In this document: positions 18,609 to 28,825 of the stretch, in pieces
Numbering within the stretch: position 1 is the stretch's first letter
Layout of the letters: every line of letters starts with the position of its first letter
IMG/VR virus record: IMGVR_UViG_3300043666_000001
Coordinates: 1 to 64,000 of that record
Reading direction: 5' to 3' (one strand)
Origin: a virus
Lineage: Duplodnaviria > Caudoviricetes
Length of the DNA stretch: 64,000 nt
Made by a program: the position numbers and the translations under genes
The notes under the pieces: model-generated
Seen by the model: only the letters and a program-made list of their open reading frames with translations
The model's database searches: none
Told to the model about the DNA's origin: nothing

Positions 18609-19340
18609 CTAAGCAAAGACGTTGTAATCAAGAGAGTTGGGGGTGTCTAGGTAAAATCCTGCCATACTTGGGCCACCGGGGGTGTTAATTGCAACCCTAC
18701 CCTCAGGAGCATGATAGAATGTGTAGGTGCAGTCTGCTGGCAAGACAGGGTCAATAAATTGTGACCCCCTTCCCACCGCTTCACGATATTGCCCTTCACT
18801 CCAATTTGTCGGCTTTTGCGTAAGTATGAGTATGTGCTGAACAGTGCTATACCATGGGAATCCATCAGCAACTGTACCCCATGGGTATGTTCCATCGGGC
18901 ACATGAATTACCGCGTTTGCAAAGCTGATAAACTCCAGCTGGACAAATACACCATCCATTGCAGCTATTAGCCCATCCGTGATGAATTGCTGGTCTACAT
19001 CTTGCCCACGCTTTGCATAAACAGCCTGAATGCGTTGACGTCGTTGTGTATCATTGAGACTTGGGTCCATAGGTAAAGAGAGATACTTCTCCACCCTGTT
19101 TAAAAATGCAGTCATCTTTAAGGGTTGCCCCTGTAAAGATAGCATGTTATTCAATGCCCACGCGCTCCATATAGCTCTTGCTATGGCATAGTTCTGCACA
19201 TAAACACTGCTGTTGATGTCAGTGTTATATCCGGTTCCCATTTGCAAATTCAAGCTATCGAGTATAGCTTTGATGGGTGAGGTGTTTCCCCCATATCTAC
19301 GTGGGAATGGGGCGAAACCACCAAATGTGCCTGTACTCAT
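18609..19340 (-). CDS. Baseplate wedge protein (Mu gp48/DUF2313-like)
   Basis: LNRVEKYLSLP...DTQRRQRIQA; downstream of baseplate J. Confidence 0.6.
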   Translation of the reverse strand: MSTGTFGGFAPFPRRYGGNTSPIKAILDSLNLQMGTGYNTDINSSVYVQNYAIARAIWSAWALNNMLSLQGQPLKMTAFLNRVEKYLSLPMDPSLNDTQRRQRIQAVYAKRGQDVDQQFITDGLIAAMDGVFVQLEFISFANAVIHVPDGTYPWGTVADGFPWYSTVQHILILTQKPTNWSEGQYREAVGRGSQFIDPVLPADCTYTFYHAPEGRVAINTPGGPSMAGFYLDTPNSLDYNVFA

Positions 19341-19813
19341 ATAAAGAACACGTCAATGTTGACGCCTACAAGGTCACTGGCTACGTTGCTTGCAGAGCAA
19401 AATATCTGTGTGGAATTGGATGTATCTTTTTGGAAATTGGCATTACTGGCACCACTCGCGGTTTGCACATTGCAAAACCCACCTCGAACATTGAGAGTAT
19501 GAGCAACCCCTAGCTCATCATTAACAGATGTTGGCCATACAATGCGATACTGTCCAGCTCCAACCCTACTCACTGTAGGGGTTACTGGTGCTGAGTTACC
19601 CCACAGGGAATCATGTGCCACCAACACTGGTGTTGTGGCGTTGCCTGTAAATTGAACCCATCCTCTAATCACAGTGTGTGTGCTCATGGCGACCGAGGCA
19701 CTTAGTTGATTAAACTGCGCCGAGGCTTGGTCGGTAAGTGGATTCTCTACTGGGCTTGCGTCTATAAAAACGCCGCCATAGGTTTGAATGGTATCGGTAG
19801 AAGGTAAAGTCAT
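19337..19813 (-). CDS. Baseplate/tail structural protein
   Basis: 158 aa beta-rich ORF within the baseplate operon. Confidence 0.55.
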   Translation of the reverse strand: MTLPSTDTIQTYGGVFIDASPVENPLTDQASAQFNQLSASVAMSTHTVIRGWVQFTGNATTPVLVAHDSLWGNSAPVTPTVSRVGAGQYRIVWPTSVNDELGVAHTLNVRGGFCNVQTASGASNANFQKDTSNSTQIFCSASNVASDLVGVNIDVFFI

Positions 19814-19822
19814 TTGTTTGCT

Positions 19823-21349
19823 CTATGGGGTTGGGTAAAAGCCAAATCGAAATGGAACAAAAATATTAGGTGGGTCTGTGACCACTCCGGGAATCGCGGG
19901 GAAGAAATTACCACCCTGCGTGGTTACAGTTGTGGTACCATCATTCCTATAATTGAATTGAGCACTTTGAACTTCACCACCAGCCTGGGTAATGGCTTGA
20001 AGGAAATTAGCCCCCATGGCACTGGGCCAAGATGATGTGGGGATTGGGTGTCTAAATCCTCGAATGAGAGCACTGGCATTGGTTGTCTTTTCCCCTGGAC
20101 CAAGCAACTCACCCGCAGCAAGCACCGCGGCAACATATTGTAATTGATTCTGACTTTGAGGGAAAATCACATCACCAACACTCATGGCAAGGTCATTCAA
20201 TGGTTGGTCTAATGTGACCACCCCTGAGCCTGAATTATACCCTATTACCGTTGCGGTGTAAAGCTTATTTTCTGCAAAATCGAACCTGGCAACCCTTGAC
20301 ACTCCAACTATTGGAGCAACTGTGGTATTCACCACGAAGTGTGTACTATCTGTACTGGAGGTTACAGTGACCACATTTATTCCACCAGTGGGGTTGAGGG
20401 GTGGCCAAGGGGTTCCATCGAGCCACCCTCCTCCAGGACCACTAGGGCTTGCGGTTGGAGCTGCTGGGAGGTTCAGCCCAAAAGCCATGGTGATAAACAC
20501 GTTGTTTACTGTGGTAATGACCTGCAAACTACGTGATGGGAGCTTGCCAAGGATGTAGGGGATGATTGTCCCTGTCATCAATATGGAGTTAATATCCCTT
20601 CGGAGATTGGTCGCTGTTGGTGCTGCACATACAGCGATGTGCTCAGTTCCAGGTCCTTGTACCGCGGGGTAAGTAAAAGCCTTTTGAACACTTGGGCTAC
20701 TGGCCTCCGCAATTTCATTGCAATGCTCAGGATTGCCACTCGCGGGAACATTGGCCTCGTTTGCCAACACCCTTTGACGAAAGTTCTCCTCAGTCTCAGC
20801 GTCAACACCATTTATCAAACCACCAACACCTACAAGTGCGGTTGGGGCAAAGAATGGTGGAGCCCCAGCCCATTGAAGGCTAGAGCCCTCAGGGAGGTTG
20901 GTAGCGTCTCCAGTATCCAACGCCTGGATGGGAATGCTATCACCCACCGCATAGGTTCCACCAACAGTGACCTCATACCTCAGGCCACTATCGTCAGTGA
21001 GTTGCTTCCCTGCTGGCACAAGCCCTGGAGCTGAGGAGTTGGCGATGATGTTCCCCAAACTGCCCGCGGCATTTCTTGGGAAAACACCGATAATGGCACC
21101 CAGGTCGATTAGCTGTTGACCCGTCGCGGTATCAGGGTTAACTTGGTCTGCGGAGAGAATGCCATTGCTTGCATTGACACTAAGTTCATTCGCAACCCCA
21201 AGAGTAACAACATAAAAGTCAGAGCTTGGAGAAACATTGGGGTTGGTTATGCCCCGGCGAATAAGTGCATTGCTTATGGTGGTAAGCATTGCTTTTTGAT
21301 ACTCTTCTGGAGTGGGGGTCTGTAGGGTAAAAAGAGGTGCGCTTGCCAT
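19823..21349 (-). CDS. Baseplate J-like protein (Mu gp47)
   Basis: PDTATGQQLIDLG, DTGDATN, GVDAETEENFRQRVL, PASGN, AFTYP..GPGT. Confidence 0.85.
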   Translation of the reverse strand: MASAPLFTLQTPTPEEYQKAMLTTISNALIRRGITNPNVSPSSDFYVVTLGVANELSVNASNGILSADQVNPDTATGQQLIDLGAIIGVFPRNAAGSLGNIIANSSAPGLVPAGKQLTDDSGLRYEVTVGGTYAVGDSIPIQALDTGDATNLPEGSSLQWAGAPPFFAPTALVGVGGLINGVDAETEENFRQRVLANEANVPASGNPEHCNEIAEASSPSVQKAFTYPAVQGPGTEHIAVCAAPTATNLRRDINSILMTGTIIPYILGKLPSRSLQVITTVNNVFITMAFGLNLPAAPTASPSGPGGGWLDGTPWPPLNPTGGINVVTVTSSTDSTHFVVNTTVAPIVGVSRVARFDFAENKLYTATVIGYNSGSGVVTLDQPLNDLAMSVGDVIFPQSQNQLQYVAAVLAAGELLGPGEKTTNASALIRGFRHPIPTSSWPSAMGANFLQAITQAGGEVQSAQFNYRNDGTTTVTTQGGNFFPAIPGVVTDPPNIFVPFRFGFYPTP

Positions 21350-21822
21350 TATATAACCTTTACCTGCTCAATTTGAGTGCCCAAATCAACCCAACGTGTT
21401 ATAAAGTACCCACCTGTTGTCCCAAATCTATCAACAGTGATAGATGTGATGGAGATGATTTTCCTATTTACCAAATCACTCAACGCGGATTGAATGAGCT
21501 GTGTCACATCTTTAGTAAAACTATCAGTAATAACCCTAATGGATGCCAAGTCATTCCCCATGCCCAGTACTGAGGAGGAGTTCAATACTGTAACAAATGC
21601 TAGCTCCACAAGTTGTTGTGCAGTGGTCATTCCATAAAGATTGCCAGTGGTTGACATTACATAGTCTTTGGTAACTGGGTCAATCCTCCTGCCTGTCAAA
21701 CTCCCAGGGCCAAAAGGGTCATTTAACAAGTAAGGTGCTTTTATTGGGGCTTGAAATGTTTGCCCATAACCTGCGTCTGTACTACCCGCGTAACTCAAGC
21801 CACAGCCGTAATAAAATGCCAT
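21349..21822 (-). CDS. Baseplate wedge initiator (Mu gp46/gp25-like)
   Basis: RRIDPVTKDY, QQLVELAF, ALSDLVNRKII; position before baseplate J. Confidence 0.6.
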   Translation of the reverse strand: MAFYYGCGLSYAGSTDAGYGQTFQAPIKAPYLLNDPFGPGSLTGRRIDPVTKDYVMSTTGNLYGMTTAQQLVELAFVTVLNSSSVLGMGNDLASIRVITDSFTKDVTQLIQSALSDLVNRKIISITSITVDRFGTTGGYFITRWVDLGTQIEQVKVI

Positions 21823-21952
21823 CTTATAAGTCTAACCCTTGTCTTTTGCGGAAAGCCCGTTCTTTTTAGAAGGACGCGGCGTAAATGCTGTATGGTCTTT
21901 CATGATTTTGCATGAAGCGCAAAGTGCGCCATAAAATGCCATGGTTTATTCT

Positions 21953-22276
21953 TCAATCTAAGGGGCATGAGGGAATAGAGATAGAAACTGTTGGTAACCC
22001 AGGCAATCCAGGGATAGGGACCACAATAGGTGGAATGCTGAAACTTGGTGGTGATGGGAGTGTAATGTCAATAGAGGGGATGGTTAGTGATACCAACCCC
22101 AACCCTGGGATTCCAGGTATTGGAATGAGTATTGGTGGAATACTCAAACCTGGTATGGGTGGTAGGGTAATGTCTATCTGTGGAATTGTGACTCCAATGG
22201 TCAGCAAACCTGGTAAACCTGGGATTGCTAGAACAATTGGAAGTACAAGGAAAAGGAAGAATGCGCATAGACTCAC
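21953..22276 (-). CDS. Pro/Ile-rich repeat protein next to the baseplate spike
   Basis: 107 aa, two ~33-aa repeats, Cys near each terminus; ATG overlaps the spike gene stop. Confidence 0.6.
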   Translation of the reverse strand: MSLCAFFLFLVLPIVLAIPGLPGLLTIGVTIPQIDITLPPIPGLSIPPILIPIPGIPGLGLVSLTIPSIDITLPSPPSFSIPPIVVPIPGLPGLPTVSISIPSCPLD

Positions 22277-22950
22277 AACGCCGCCTTTACACTTGTGCTA
22301 CCAATTCCAGTAGGTCCAGTACCAACAAGCACAGGTGTCACCGCGTTGGCGCCTAAGCTTACATTTGCACCATTTAATGCAATCCCCTGCCCAATCAATG
22401 TAATCCCCTGGTCGTTAAGCTGAATAGCAGAACCCCCACCCCATGCAAGCTTTATTCCATCTTGACCAATGCTTAATGCACCCCATGGTGTGCTGAGGGT
22501 AATTCCACTGGTGGCATTAACTTGCACCATGATACTATCACCTCCCTCAACATTACCTCTTGATGTATAGAGTGCCGCGTTGCCATTGGCTTTGAGCATC
22601 AATCTTGCCTGTGCTTTGCCATCAACCCCAGCCGCGTAAACACATGTCTCCCCAGGCTGAAGACTTCCCGCGATTTTCTGACTGCGGATATCCCTTGTTC
22701 CCAGGCAAACATCGTTGTTTGATTGTCGGACAATAAATGCCTGGCACGCACCGTTTGCGTGACCGGGTTGTGGATTGCTCGGCCGTGAGAGAACGCCTGT
22801 TGTCTGCCAACTCTCCACATTATCAGCTTCGGAGAATTGATTGGCCACATCGCCAGTTTGAAGGATAATGGTGCCAGTGGAGGCGTCAACTATACTGCCA
22901 AGTATATCTGTACCTGTTTGGAAATTGCCTGAGGCTGCCGGGGATGCCAT
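22273..22950 (-). CDS. Baseplate central spike (Mu gp45-like)
   Basis: WQTTGVLSRPS, GTRDIRSQKIAGSLQPGETCVYA, beta-helix-like C-terminus. Confidence 0.7.
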   Translation of the reverse strand: MASPAASGNFQTGTDILGSIVDASTGTIILQTGDVANQFSEADNVESWQTTGVLSRPSNPQPGHANGACQAFIVRQSNNDVCLGTRDIRSQKIAGSLQPGETCVYAAGVDGKAQARLMLKANGNAALYTSRGNVEGGDSIMVQVNATSGITLSTPWGALSIGQDGIKLAWGGGSAIQLNDQGITLIGQGIALNGANVSLGANAVTPVLVGTGPTGIGSTSVKAAL

Positions 22951-22960
22951 TTGCTATCTC

Positions 22961-24214
22961 TCAGAATGTAAGGGAATTTTTGCGTATGAGTTGAAGCTCA
23001 GTGGTTGTACCACCTTGACGTGATTTTTTAAATGTACGTGCCAAAATATACATATCCTCATTCACCCCACTGACCTCATCATTGAAATTCACTGTTTTAT
23101 CAACTGTCCAGATGGTTGGAACAGCATCAACTTGTGATACTTGACTATGTCCCTTAACCACGACGTGCACATCTAGCCCCCGGCGCAGTCTAAGACTCAT
23201 CTCCCTAAGCACAAATCCATTAAGTTGCTCTTGAGTTTTCGCCTCATCGTCATGCAAAAACATGGGCTTTGCGTTTGGTAGCTTTATCTTGTTGCCAAAG
23301 AATGGAATGACTTGTTTGACCATACCAGCTTTGGCATATTTCTTCAACACCGCAGTGTTGTCCACATCAAGGAAGGGATTCTCTACATAAGCCCTCATCC
23401 TGGCTCTACCAAACTCATACCCACCACTGAACCCATCCGCGATGATGACACTGGGTTGCTCCCCCACATCATAGGTGACATCACCACTTAGGATGTTATT
23501 GAACCCATTGAACTCCCTGCGAAGGGAGAACACCGCTGGTTGGTCATAATTAGGCTTTCCTGCAACGATGTTTTTCCCATCCGCTGTTAGCCAAAGCCAA
23601 AGCCCAAGTCTCTGGGTGACCCTTGTGGCAAACTCAAATGCCCCCTCATTTGGGTAAGGGCGAAGTTGGTGGATGTTATAGCTAAGCAATGGCTTACCAC
23701 CACCTTTACCGCCGACATTCTGCTGGCGTGTTTTCACACCCTTGACATTCTTACTCATGATAGCGACGTTGTCGCTATTATCTATCACAAAGCTATTCTC
23801 GTTGAACCCAAATGGAGAGAACACCGCGGTGAGAAATTGCAGCAAATTCATTCCTGCATTGAACTTCAATAATGGGTCAATGCCACTATCTATCAGGGCT
23901 GCAATCTTGTCTCTACCCTGTATAACCATCTCAGTTCCACCACTCCGATTTACACGGTAGGTGATGCTATCTATACGTGCATCCACCTGTACAGCCCCAT
24001 TAACTGTACATCGGACATTTGCTCCAGGAACAAGCGCTGTTCTGTTGATGGTGTTTATCTCATCCCCCACAACGGTAAAACTAAACGCATCGGTTGGAAT
24101 GAGGAAATTGCTAGTAAAGCTGTACTCTTTCCATCGATTGAGCTTCACTCCACTGTCAACCACCTGCATCTCAACTACATCATCCCCTGGCAATCCAATA
24201 GGGAGAACACTCAT
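22961..24214 (-). CDS. Baseplate hub protein (Mu gpP-like)
   Basis: WKEYSFTSNFLIPTDAFSF, IQGRDKIAALIDS, PYPNEGAFEFATR. Confidence 0.8.
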   Translation of the reverse strand: MSVLPIGLPGDDVVEMQVVDSGVKLNRWKEYSFTSNFLIPTDAFSFTVVGDEINTINRTALVPGANVRCTVNGAVQVDARIDSITYRVNRSGGTEMVIQGRDKIAALIDSGIDPLLKFNAGMNLLQFLTAVFSPFGFNENSFVIDNSDNVAIMSKNVKGVKTRQQNVGGKGGGKPLLSYNIHQLRPYPNEGAFEFATRVTQRLGLWLWLTADGKNIVAGKPNYDQPAVFSLRREFNGFNNILSGDVTYDVGEQPSVIIADGFSGGYEFGRARMRAYVENPFLDVDNTAVLKKYAKAGMVKQVIPFFGNKIKLPNAKPMFLHDDEAKTQEQLNGFVLREMSLRLRRGLDVHVVVKGHSQVSQVDAVPTIWTVDKTVNFNDEVSGVNEDMYILARTFKKSRQGGTTTELQLIRKNSLTF

Positions 24215-25215
24215 TTTTGCACCGGAGAATAATATCTCACTGTTGCGCCAGTGGGAATATATGGTGTCCTAACCAACCCAGGGTTGAGGTTCATCAAATC
24301 CTGAACTGGTGCCTTGGTCGCGATGGTTATCCCCGCAAGGGAGATTGGCTGTGGCACACGATAGAACACAATGGGCCTTCCACTCTCAAGTAGAGTTTGC
24401 CTGAAATTATCCAGTGCAGCTTTCATGCTCTCAACACTTTGCCGTAAAGGCCAATACATTGTGGTGAGTGCACGATTGGTTTGAGATGGAAATGGGTTGA
24501 TGATGCTTGCAACAGTGGTGCGAGGGGGAGTTACTGCCCTTCCAATCGCGTCACCAATTCTATTGAGCCTGTATCCCATTTGGTCAATTTTCCCCACCAC
24601 TCGATGGGATTGAATGGTGACTTGGTCAAACACACTGGTCGCTTGAGTCAATGTGTCAAAAAAGTCAGGCTTGAACTCTGGCCTTGAGGCATAGATAGTG
24701 CTGCCCAATTCTCTATCCAGGTCCCCAGCAAAGGTCTGCACATTATTAACTGGGGAGATATTTCCATTAATCCTGGAGATATCATTCTGAGTAAGTGTCT
24801 CTTTCCAGACACAGTCAACCTCAACACCATCACGTGTTGTGGCCCTCCAGTCAGTATTGACTGACATCACCTTACAGTTAATTGGTCCAAACTCTGGGTG
24901 ACCTAGCACCCCAGTGCTACCATCACTTGCTGAGAGGAAAAATCCCCTATATACACTTGGGTATAGAGTGGAGAAATTCTCATTTTTCCCAGGTGTGATG
25001 TGGTTTTTAAACAATGCCTTACAGGAGAACACCAGCGCATTTCTACCAGTATTCTCCAGCTCTTCCCCATCTACCTTCCAAAATTTATGCTCAGCCATGT
25101 CATGACTCATGCCAACAGTCATTTCAGTAACTGGAAACTCATACTTGGTTCCTTGTCCCCCTTGCCCTGTCCAGGAAAAAGCGCCAAGTTGTGATAGGAT
25201 ATCATTACCAGCCAT
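24211..25215 (-). CDS. DNA-circularisation (Mu gpN-like) tail protein with LysM-like C-terminus
   Basis: HKFWKVDGEELENTGRN; C-terminal QDLMNLNPGLVRTPYIPTGATV. Confidence 0.75.
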   Translation of the reverse strand: MAGNDILSQLGAFSWTGQGGQGTKYEFPVTEMTVGMSHDMAEHKFWKVDGEELENTGRNALVFSCKALFKNHITPGKNENFSTLYPSVYRGFFLSASDGSTGVLGHPEFGPINCKVMSVNTDWRATTRDGVEVDCVWKETLTQNDISRINGNISPVNNVQTFAGDLDRELGSTIYASRPEFKPDFFDTLTQATSVFDQVTIQSHRVVGKIDQMGYRLNRIGDAIGRAVTPPRTTVASIINPFPSQTNRALTTMYWPLRQSVESMKAALDNFRQTLLESGRPIVFYRVPQPISLAGITIATKAPVQDLMNLNPGLVRTPYIPTGATVRYYSPVQK

Positions 25216-25220
25216 TGTGT

Positions 25221-27482
25221 TTATCTTCCATTACTACCACCACGTTGAGCTATTGGGGCTTCTCGATTGCCACGGCCAGCATCTCCACTGTAGTCATCCA
25301 TACCGCCCATGGCTTGACCAGTTTTTTCAATTACAGCTGTAAGAACCTTTATTGCACCACTGAGCTCTTTGCTCTCTTGAATCTCACGGTCTTTAACAAT
25401 CTGTCCAGCTTGGTCCCGCATAGAGTGTCCACTATAGCCAAACACCCCCGCGGCTCCCTCAGCAGTTGCAGCAATCCCGGTTCCAAATGAGTTTAGAAAT
25501 CCAGTATTTGTCTTGCTTGCTCTGTCGGACTCTGCATTCAATTCAGCCAGTTTGGATTTAGCAGCTTCCATATCCGCAGATGTTGCTTTTGAAGGATTAA
25601 ATATTGCTTTGGTAACTCTATCAGCACCAGAGATGCTGTCTTCTATTTGCTTGTCTGCCGCGGATAGCGCATTACCTCTGATGTCCCAATTTCCAGCAGC
25701 TCCAATAGCGACAGAACCAGCAGCTGCCGCAGCCCCAACAACACCAAGCCCAACACCCAAACCTGAGCCACCAGGTGGGTTAGCGCCACCACCTACGGCT
25801 ATACCACCACCTACAATTTTGGAAACTCCACCTTGCAACCCAGCCATAGCAAATGCTATAGCAAGCTCCTTAAGCAAAAAGGCCCCTATGAGGGCACCCA
25901 CTCCAATGAATGGGTTTTGCGAAAACCAGCTCACAAATTTTGCAAGTGCACTGGTCATATCAACGATGAATGGGATAAGCTTGGTCAACTCTGGAACAAG
26001 TTTGAGCACCTCTGGCAAAAGCTGCTCACCAACCGCGATTTTCAGCTTCTCTGTAACAATAGCGAACTGCTTATCTGCCTCTGCTCGGCGTGCTGTTGCC
26101 TGCTCAAGTGCCTTATCCTCTGATAGCATTTTGCTACTAAGGTCTGTAAGCTCCTTAACCACTGCGGCTCTAGCTTGCTCTGTATTCATCCCTGCTTTTA
26201 TAGCATTGCGGAATGTCTCCATGGGCCCATTGATAGCGCGAACGGATTGGGCACTGAATGTGTGATCTAGGTTTTCAGCCTTACCTTTTGAAGCAACAGT
26301 GACATCCGTGATGATATCTTGGGCACTCTTCATATCCCCATTTTTATCTCGGAGTTTAATACCAAGTGAATCTTGGATTTTGCTGAAATGATTTGCCACG
26401 TCATTGCCAAAGCTTTGGATGGATGTAAGTGCTTGTGTGGGGGTTGCAGCACCACCGTGTGCCTTGTTGATTTCACCAACAGCTCCAAGGGTGAAAGCAT
26501 TCTGCATTTTACTCACACCCCCAAACCTACCCGCGGTTGATGTGATTTTAGCAAACCCTTTTGCAAAATCCTTCAACTCAACAGCTCCAGATTTACCCAT
26601 TTCAACGTAGGTGCCAAGCGCAGTGCCAAGCTCCTTGGCCTTGGTGATTGTCCCTGAGGCAAAAAGCTCACCAGCCGCGTTTGCCATGTCAGTAAGACTG
26701 CTACCGCTTGCATCGGCATAGTCAGAGATGGTTTTGAGCACCTCTTTCCCTTTATCCAAGTCACCGGTTAGGTCAGTGAATTTTCCAAGGGCCTTTAGAG
26801 TTTCCTCTGTTCCCCTGCCATTCCTAATACCCTCACTTGTAGCGGTGCCAAGAACGTCACCAGTCTGGAATTGCTTCCCACCAGTCTTGGAGCCTTGGAT
26901 TGCAATTTGACTCGCAAGGCCATGCATATTTGCCCTATCCCGGACACTGTCTGCAATGCCAAAGCCACCCATAATGCCAACCGCAGCTGTTGCAAGGCCA
27001 CTAGCAGCATTGATGCCACGCGTTACACCATTCGCGAACCTCCTACCAACATTGTCCGCAAATCTCTTTCGAGCTCTATTTCCGGCCTCTATTGCCCTAG
27101 CCTCCTCCTCAGCTTGGCGCTTAATCCCAGCCATGATAGAGTTAGCCGTGCGCATATACGCTTGCTGTTGTTGTCGCTGCTCACGCTCAGTTATACGTGT
27201 TTTGGCCTTCTCTGCACGCTCATGGTCCTTTACAGCCTTGTTCTGTGCCTTCTCCTCATTCTTATCAGCCTGGGTCTTTATACGTTCCTCTTGCTTAACT
27301 CTGTCTATAGTTGCTTTTAGAGCATCCTTCTCTGCCTTGGTTACTGCCTTTGCAGTGTTATTCGCAGACTTGGTGCGCAATTTCTCCAGGTTGGCGATGG
27401 CCTGTTCAACCGTTTTTATATCACGGAGAAAGTCCTTTAGCCCAACATTGACATTTATTGTAACAGGCTGAATACTTGGCAT
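25221..27482 (-). CDS. Tape measure protein
   Basis: 753 aa Ala-rich helical protein with hydrophobic segments; position after the chaperones. Confidence 0.85.
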   Translation of the reverse strand: MPSIQPVTINVNVGLKDFLRDIKTVEQAIANLEKLRTKSANNTAKAVTKAEKDALKATIDRVKQEERIKTQADKNEEKAQNKAVKDHERAEKAKTRITEREQRQQQQAYMRTANSIMAGIKRQAEEEARAIEAGNRARKRFADNVGRRFANGVTRGINAASGLATAAVGIMGGFGIADSVRDRANMHGLASQIAIQGSKTGGKQFQTGDVLGTATSEGIRNGRGTEETLKALGKFTDLTGDLDKGKEVLKTISDYADASGSSLTDMANAAGELFASGTITKAKELGTALGTYVEMGKSGAVELKDFAKGFAKITSTAGRFGGVSKMQNAFTLGAVGEINKAHGGAATPTQALTSIQSFGNDVANHFSKIQDSLGIKLRDKNGDMKSAQDIITDVTVASKGKAENLDHTFSAQSVRAINGPMETFRNAIKAGMNTEQARAAVVKELTDLSSKMLSEDKALEQATARRAEADKQFAIVTEKLKIAVGEQLLPEVLKLVPELTKLIPFIVDMTSALAKFVSWFSQNPFIGVGALIGAFLLKELAIAFAMAGLQGGVSKIVGGGIAVGGGANPPGGSGLGVGLGVVGAAAAAGSVAIGAAGNWDIRGNALSAADKQIEDSISGADRVTKAIFNPSKATSADMEAAKSKLAELNAESDRASKTNTGFLNSFGTGIAATAEGAAGVFGYSGHSMRDQAGQIVKDREIQESKELSGAIKVLTAVIEKTGQAMGGMDDYSGDAGRGNREAPIAQRGGSNGR

Positions 27483-27534
27483 AGCTACCTAACTTGCGAT
27501 TTACGTTTGTTCTCAGCCTCAATCTGGGCTTTCT

Positions 27535-28152
27535 CTACGGCTCTGTTGTGTTCTCTTCGACAGGCAAGCCAGGCGAGGCATTGACCTTCCGTGAGCTCCA
27601 GAGCTGTTGTGCCGAATACTTCAGCAGGTCGTTTTTCTGCTCCGACGTGAGCAAATAAAAAGGAGAAGTGATTTGAGCCCCAAGTGCTAGCTTCTCAAGC
27701 CATGCCTCCATATCAGATTCACTCATGGTGCTGGTCATGGGACCAATCTCACCCGTCATTTGCGCATAGGCTTGGACAAGTACAGCAACCTCATCACTTG
27801 TAAGATGGTCCCTGATTGCCTGTGAGGATGGGAAGAACTTGGCATTGAAGTCTTGAGAACTCCTCGCGGATTGATAGAGGAACTCTGTCGCAGCTGCACT
27901 ATCATACACTGTGCTATACCCAGTTCCACGCTCATCGGTCTTTTGAACCCCAAACTTGGATTGAACATATTTCTCTGCCTCTGATGCGCTTCTAACCTGC
28001 TCACTTGGTGTAAGTGATGTAAGTATCAGTTTGCATATTGGATTCCCCTCAGCATCCTTCCTGGGAAAATCAACCTCTCGATGAGGTCGAGGGAGTTTGG
28101 TTAGCTCACTCCACAATTGTGCAGGGGAAAGGGAATCACTGGGTAGAGACAT
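27535..28152 (-). CDS. Tail assembly chaperone 2 (probable -1 frameshift extension to 27485)
   Basis: ATG at 28152; paralogous to 28136-28708; -1 frame open 27694-27488. Confidence 0.7.
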   Translation of the reverse strand: MSLPSDSLSPAQLWSELTKLPRPHREVDFPRKDAEGNPICKLILTSLTPSEQVRSASEAEKYVQSKFGVQKTDERGTGYSTVYDSAAATEFLYQSARSSQDFNAKFFPSSQAIRDHLTSDEVAVLVQAYAQMTGEIGPMTSTMSESDMEAWLEKLALGAQITSPFYLLTSEQKNDLLKYSAQQLWSSRKVNASPGLPVEENTTEP

Positions 28153-28708
28153 CGTTAAACTCCTCAATCTTCTTTGCAAAAGCAATCAACAAATTCACCA
28201 TGGCATCATGACTCATCCCCGCGAGTATCTCTTCGGGGTTTTGTAAAAGCATGAATGGAAGTATCTCCAGCTCCCCCTCATTAAATACATGCCGAATTGC
28301 ACCCTTTGTTGCCTGTAGGTTTAGGTATGCTGTTATAAGATAACTCAATTCATCATCGGTCATTCTCATTTTCATGAGCTTGACTGGTGGGAACATGATG
28401 CTAAGTTTCCCTGTGTCTTGATATTTCTCCTCTGAGAAGCTTGCTCTTTGAACAATCTCAAGACTCAAGTGTGACTTGTATAGGTCCTCATAGCTTGGAC
28501 CACTGCTTAGCTTAGCATCCTCCTTGGCATGCTTCTCAGCAAGAGTTATCGCATGGGTCTGCTCCTCTTGGCTTAATAACTGCATACGGATTTTGCCAAA
28601 AGTAAACCCCTTAATAGGGTCTTTTCGTGGATATTCAACAACAATGCTTGGTCGAGGAGTGTTCTCCACCATCCTCCACACACTGTCACCCTGAAATTCC
28701 TCAGTCAT
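28136..28708 (-). CDS. Tail assembly chaperone 1 (paralog)
   Basis: Follows the tail tube; PRPSIVVEYPRKD vs PRPHREVDFPRKD. Confidence 0.65.
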   Translation of the reverse strand: MTEEFQGDSVWRMVENTPRPSIVVEYPRKDPIKGFTFGKIRMQLLSQEEQTHAITLAEKHAKEDAKLSSGPSYEDLYKSHLSLEIVQRASFSEEKYQDTGKLSIMFPPVKLMKMRMTDDELSYLITAYLNLQATKGAIRHVFNEGELEILPFMLLQNPEEILAGMSHDAMVNLLIAFAKKIEEFNDVSTQ

Positions 28709-28722
28709 TGAACACCGTAAAT

Positions 28723-28761
28723 AAAAAAAGCGCACCCCCTCCAGTAGGAAAGAGTGCGCTT
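28723..28761 (-). terminator. Intrinsic terminator after the tail tube
   Basis: AAGCGCAC...GTGCGCTT stem with a U-tract on the - strand. Confidence 0.75.
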
Positions 28762-28825
28762 AAGTGAGTAAGGCAAGTCATTTACACTTGCATATCATGT
28801 GCCAGAAACAAGTCAAGGGTTTATG

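Noticed and set aside
21823-21952. Small hairpins (TTCATG..CATGAA; GCGCA..TGCGC) in the baseplate operon gap
   Set aside because: Short stems, no U-tract or promoter match; could be chance.
25513-26265. 250-aa + strand ORF (also 34802-35473, 33258-33875, 26956-27471, 1822-2439)
   Set aside because: Antisense shadows of well-supported genes; no motifs or start signals.
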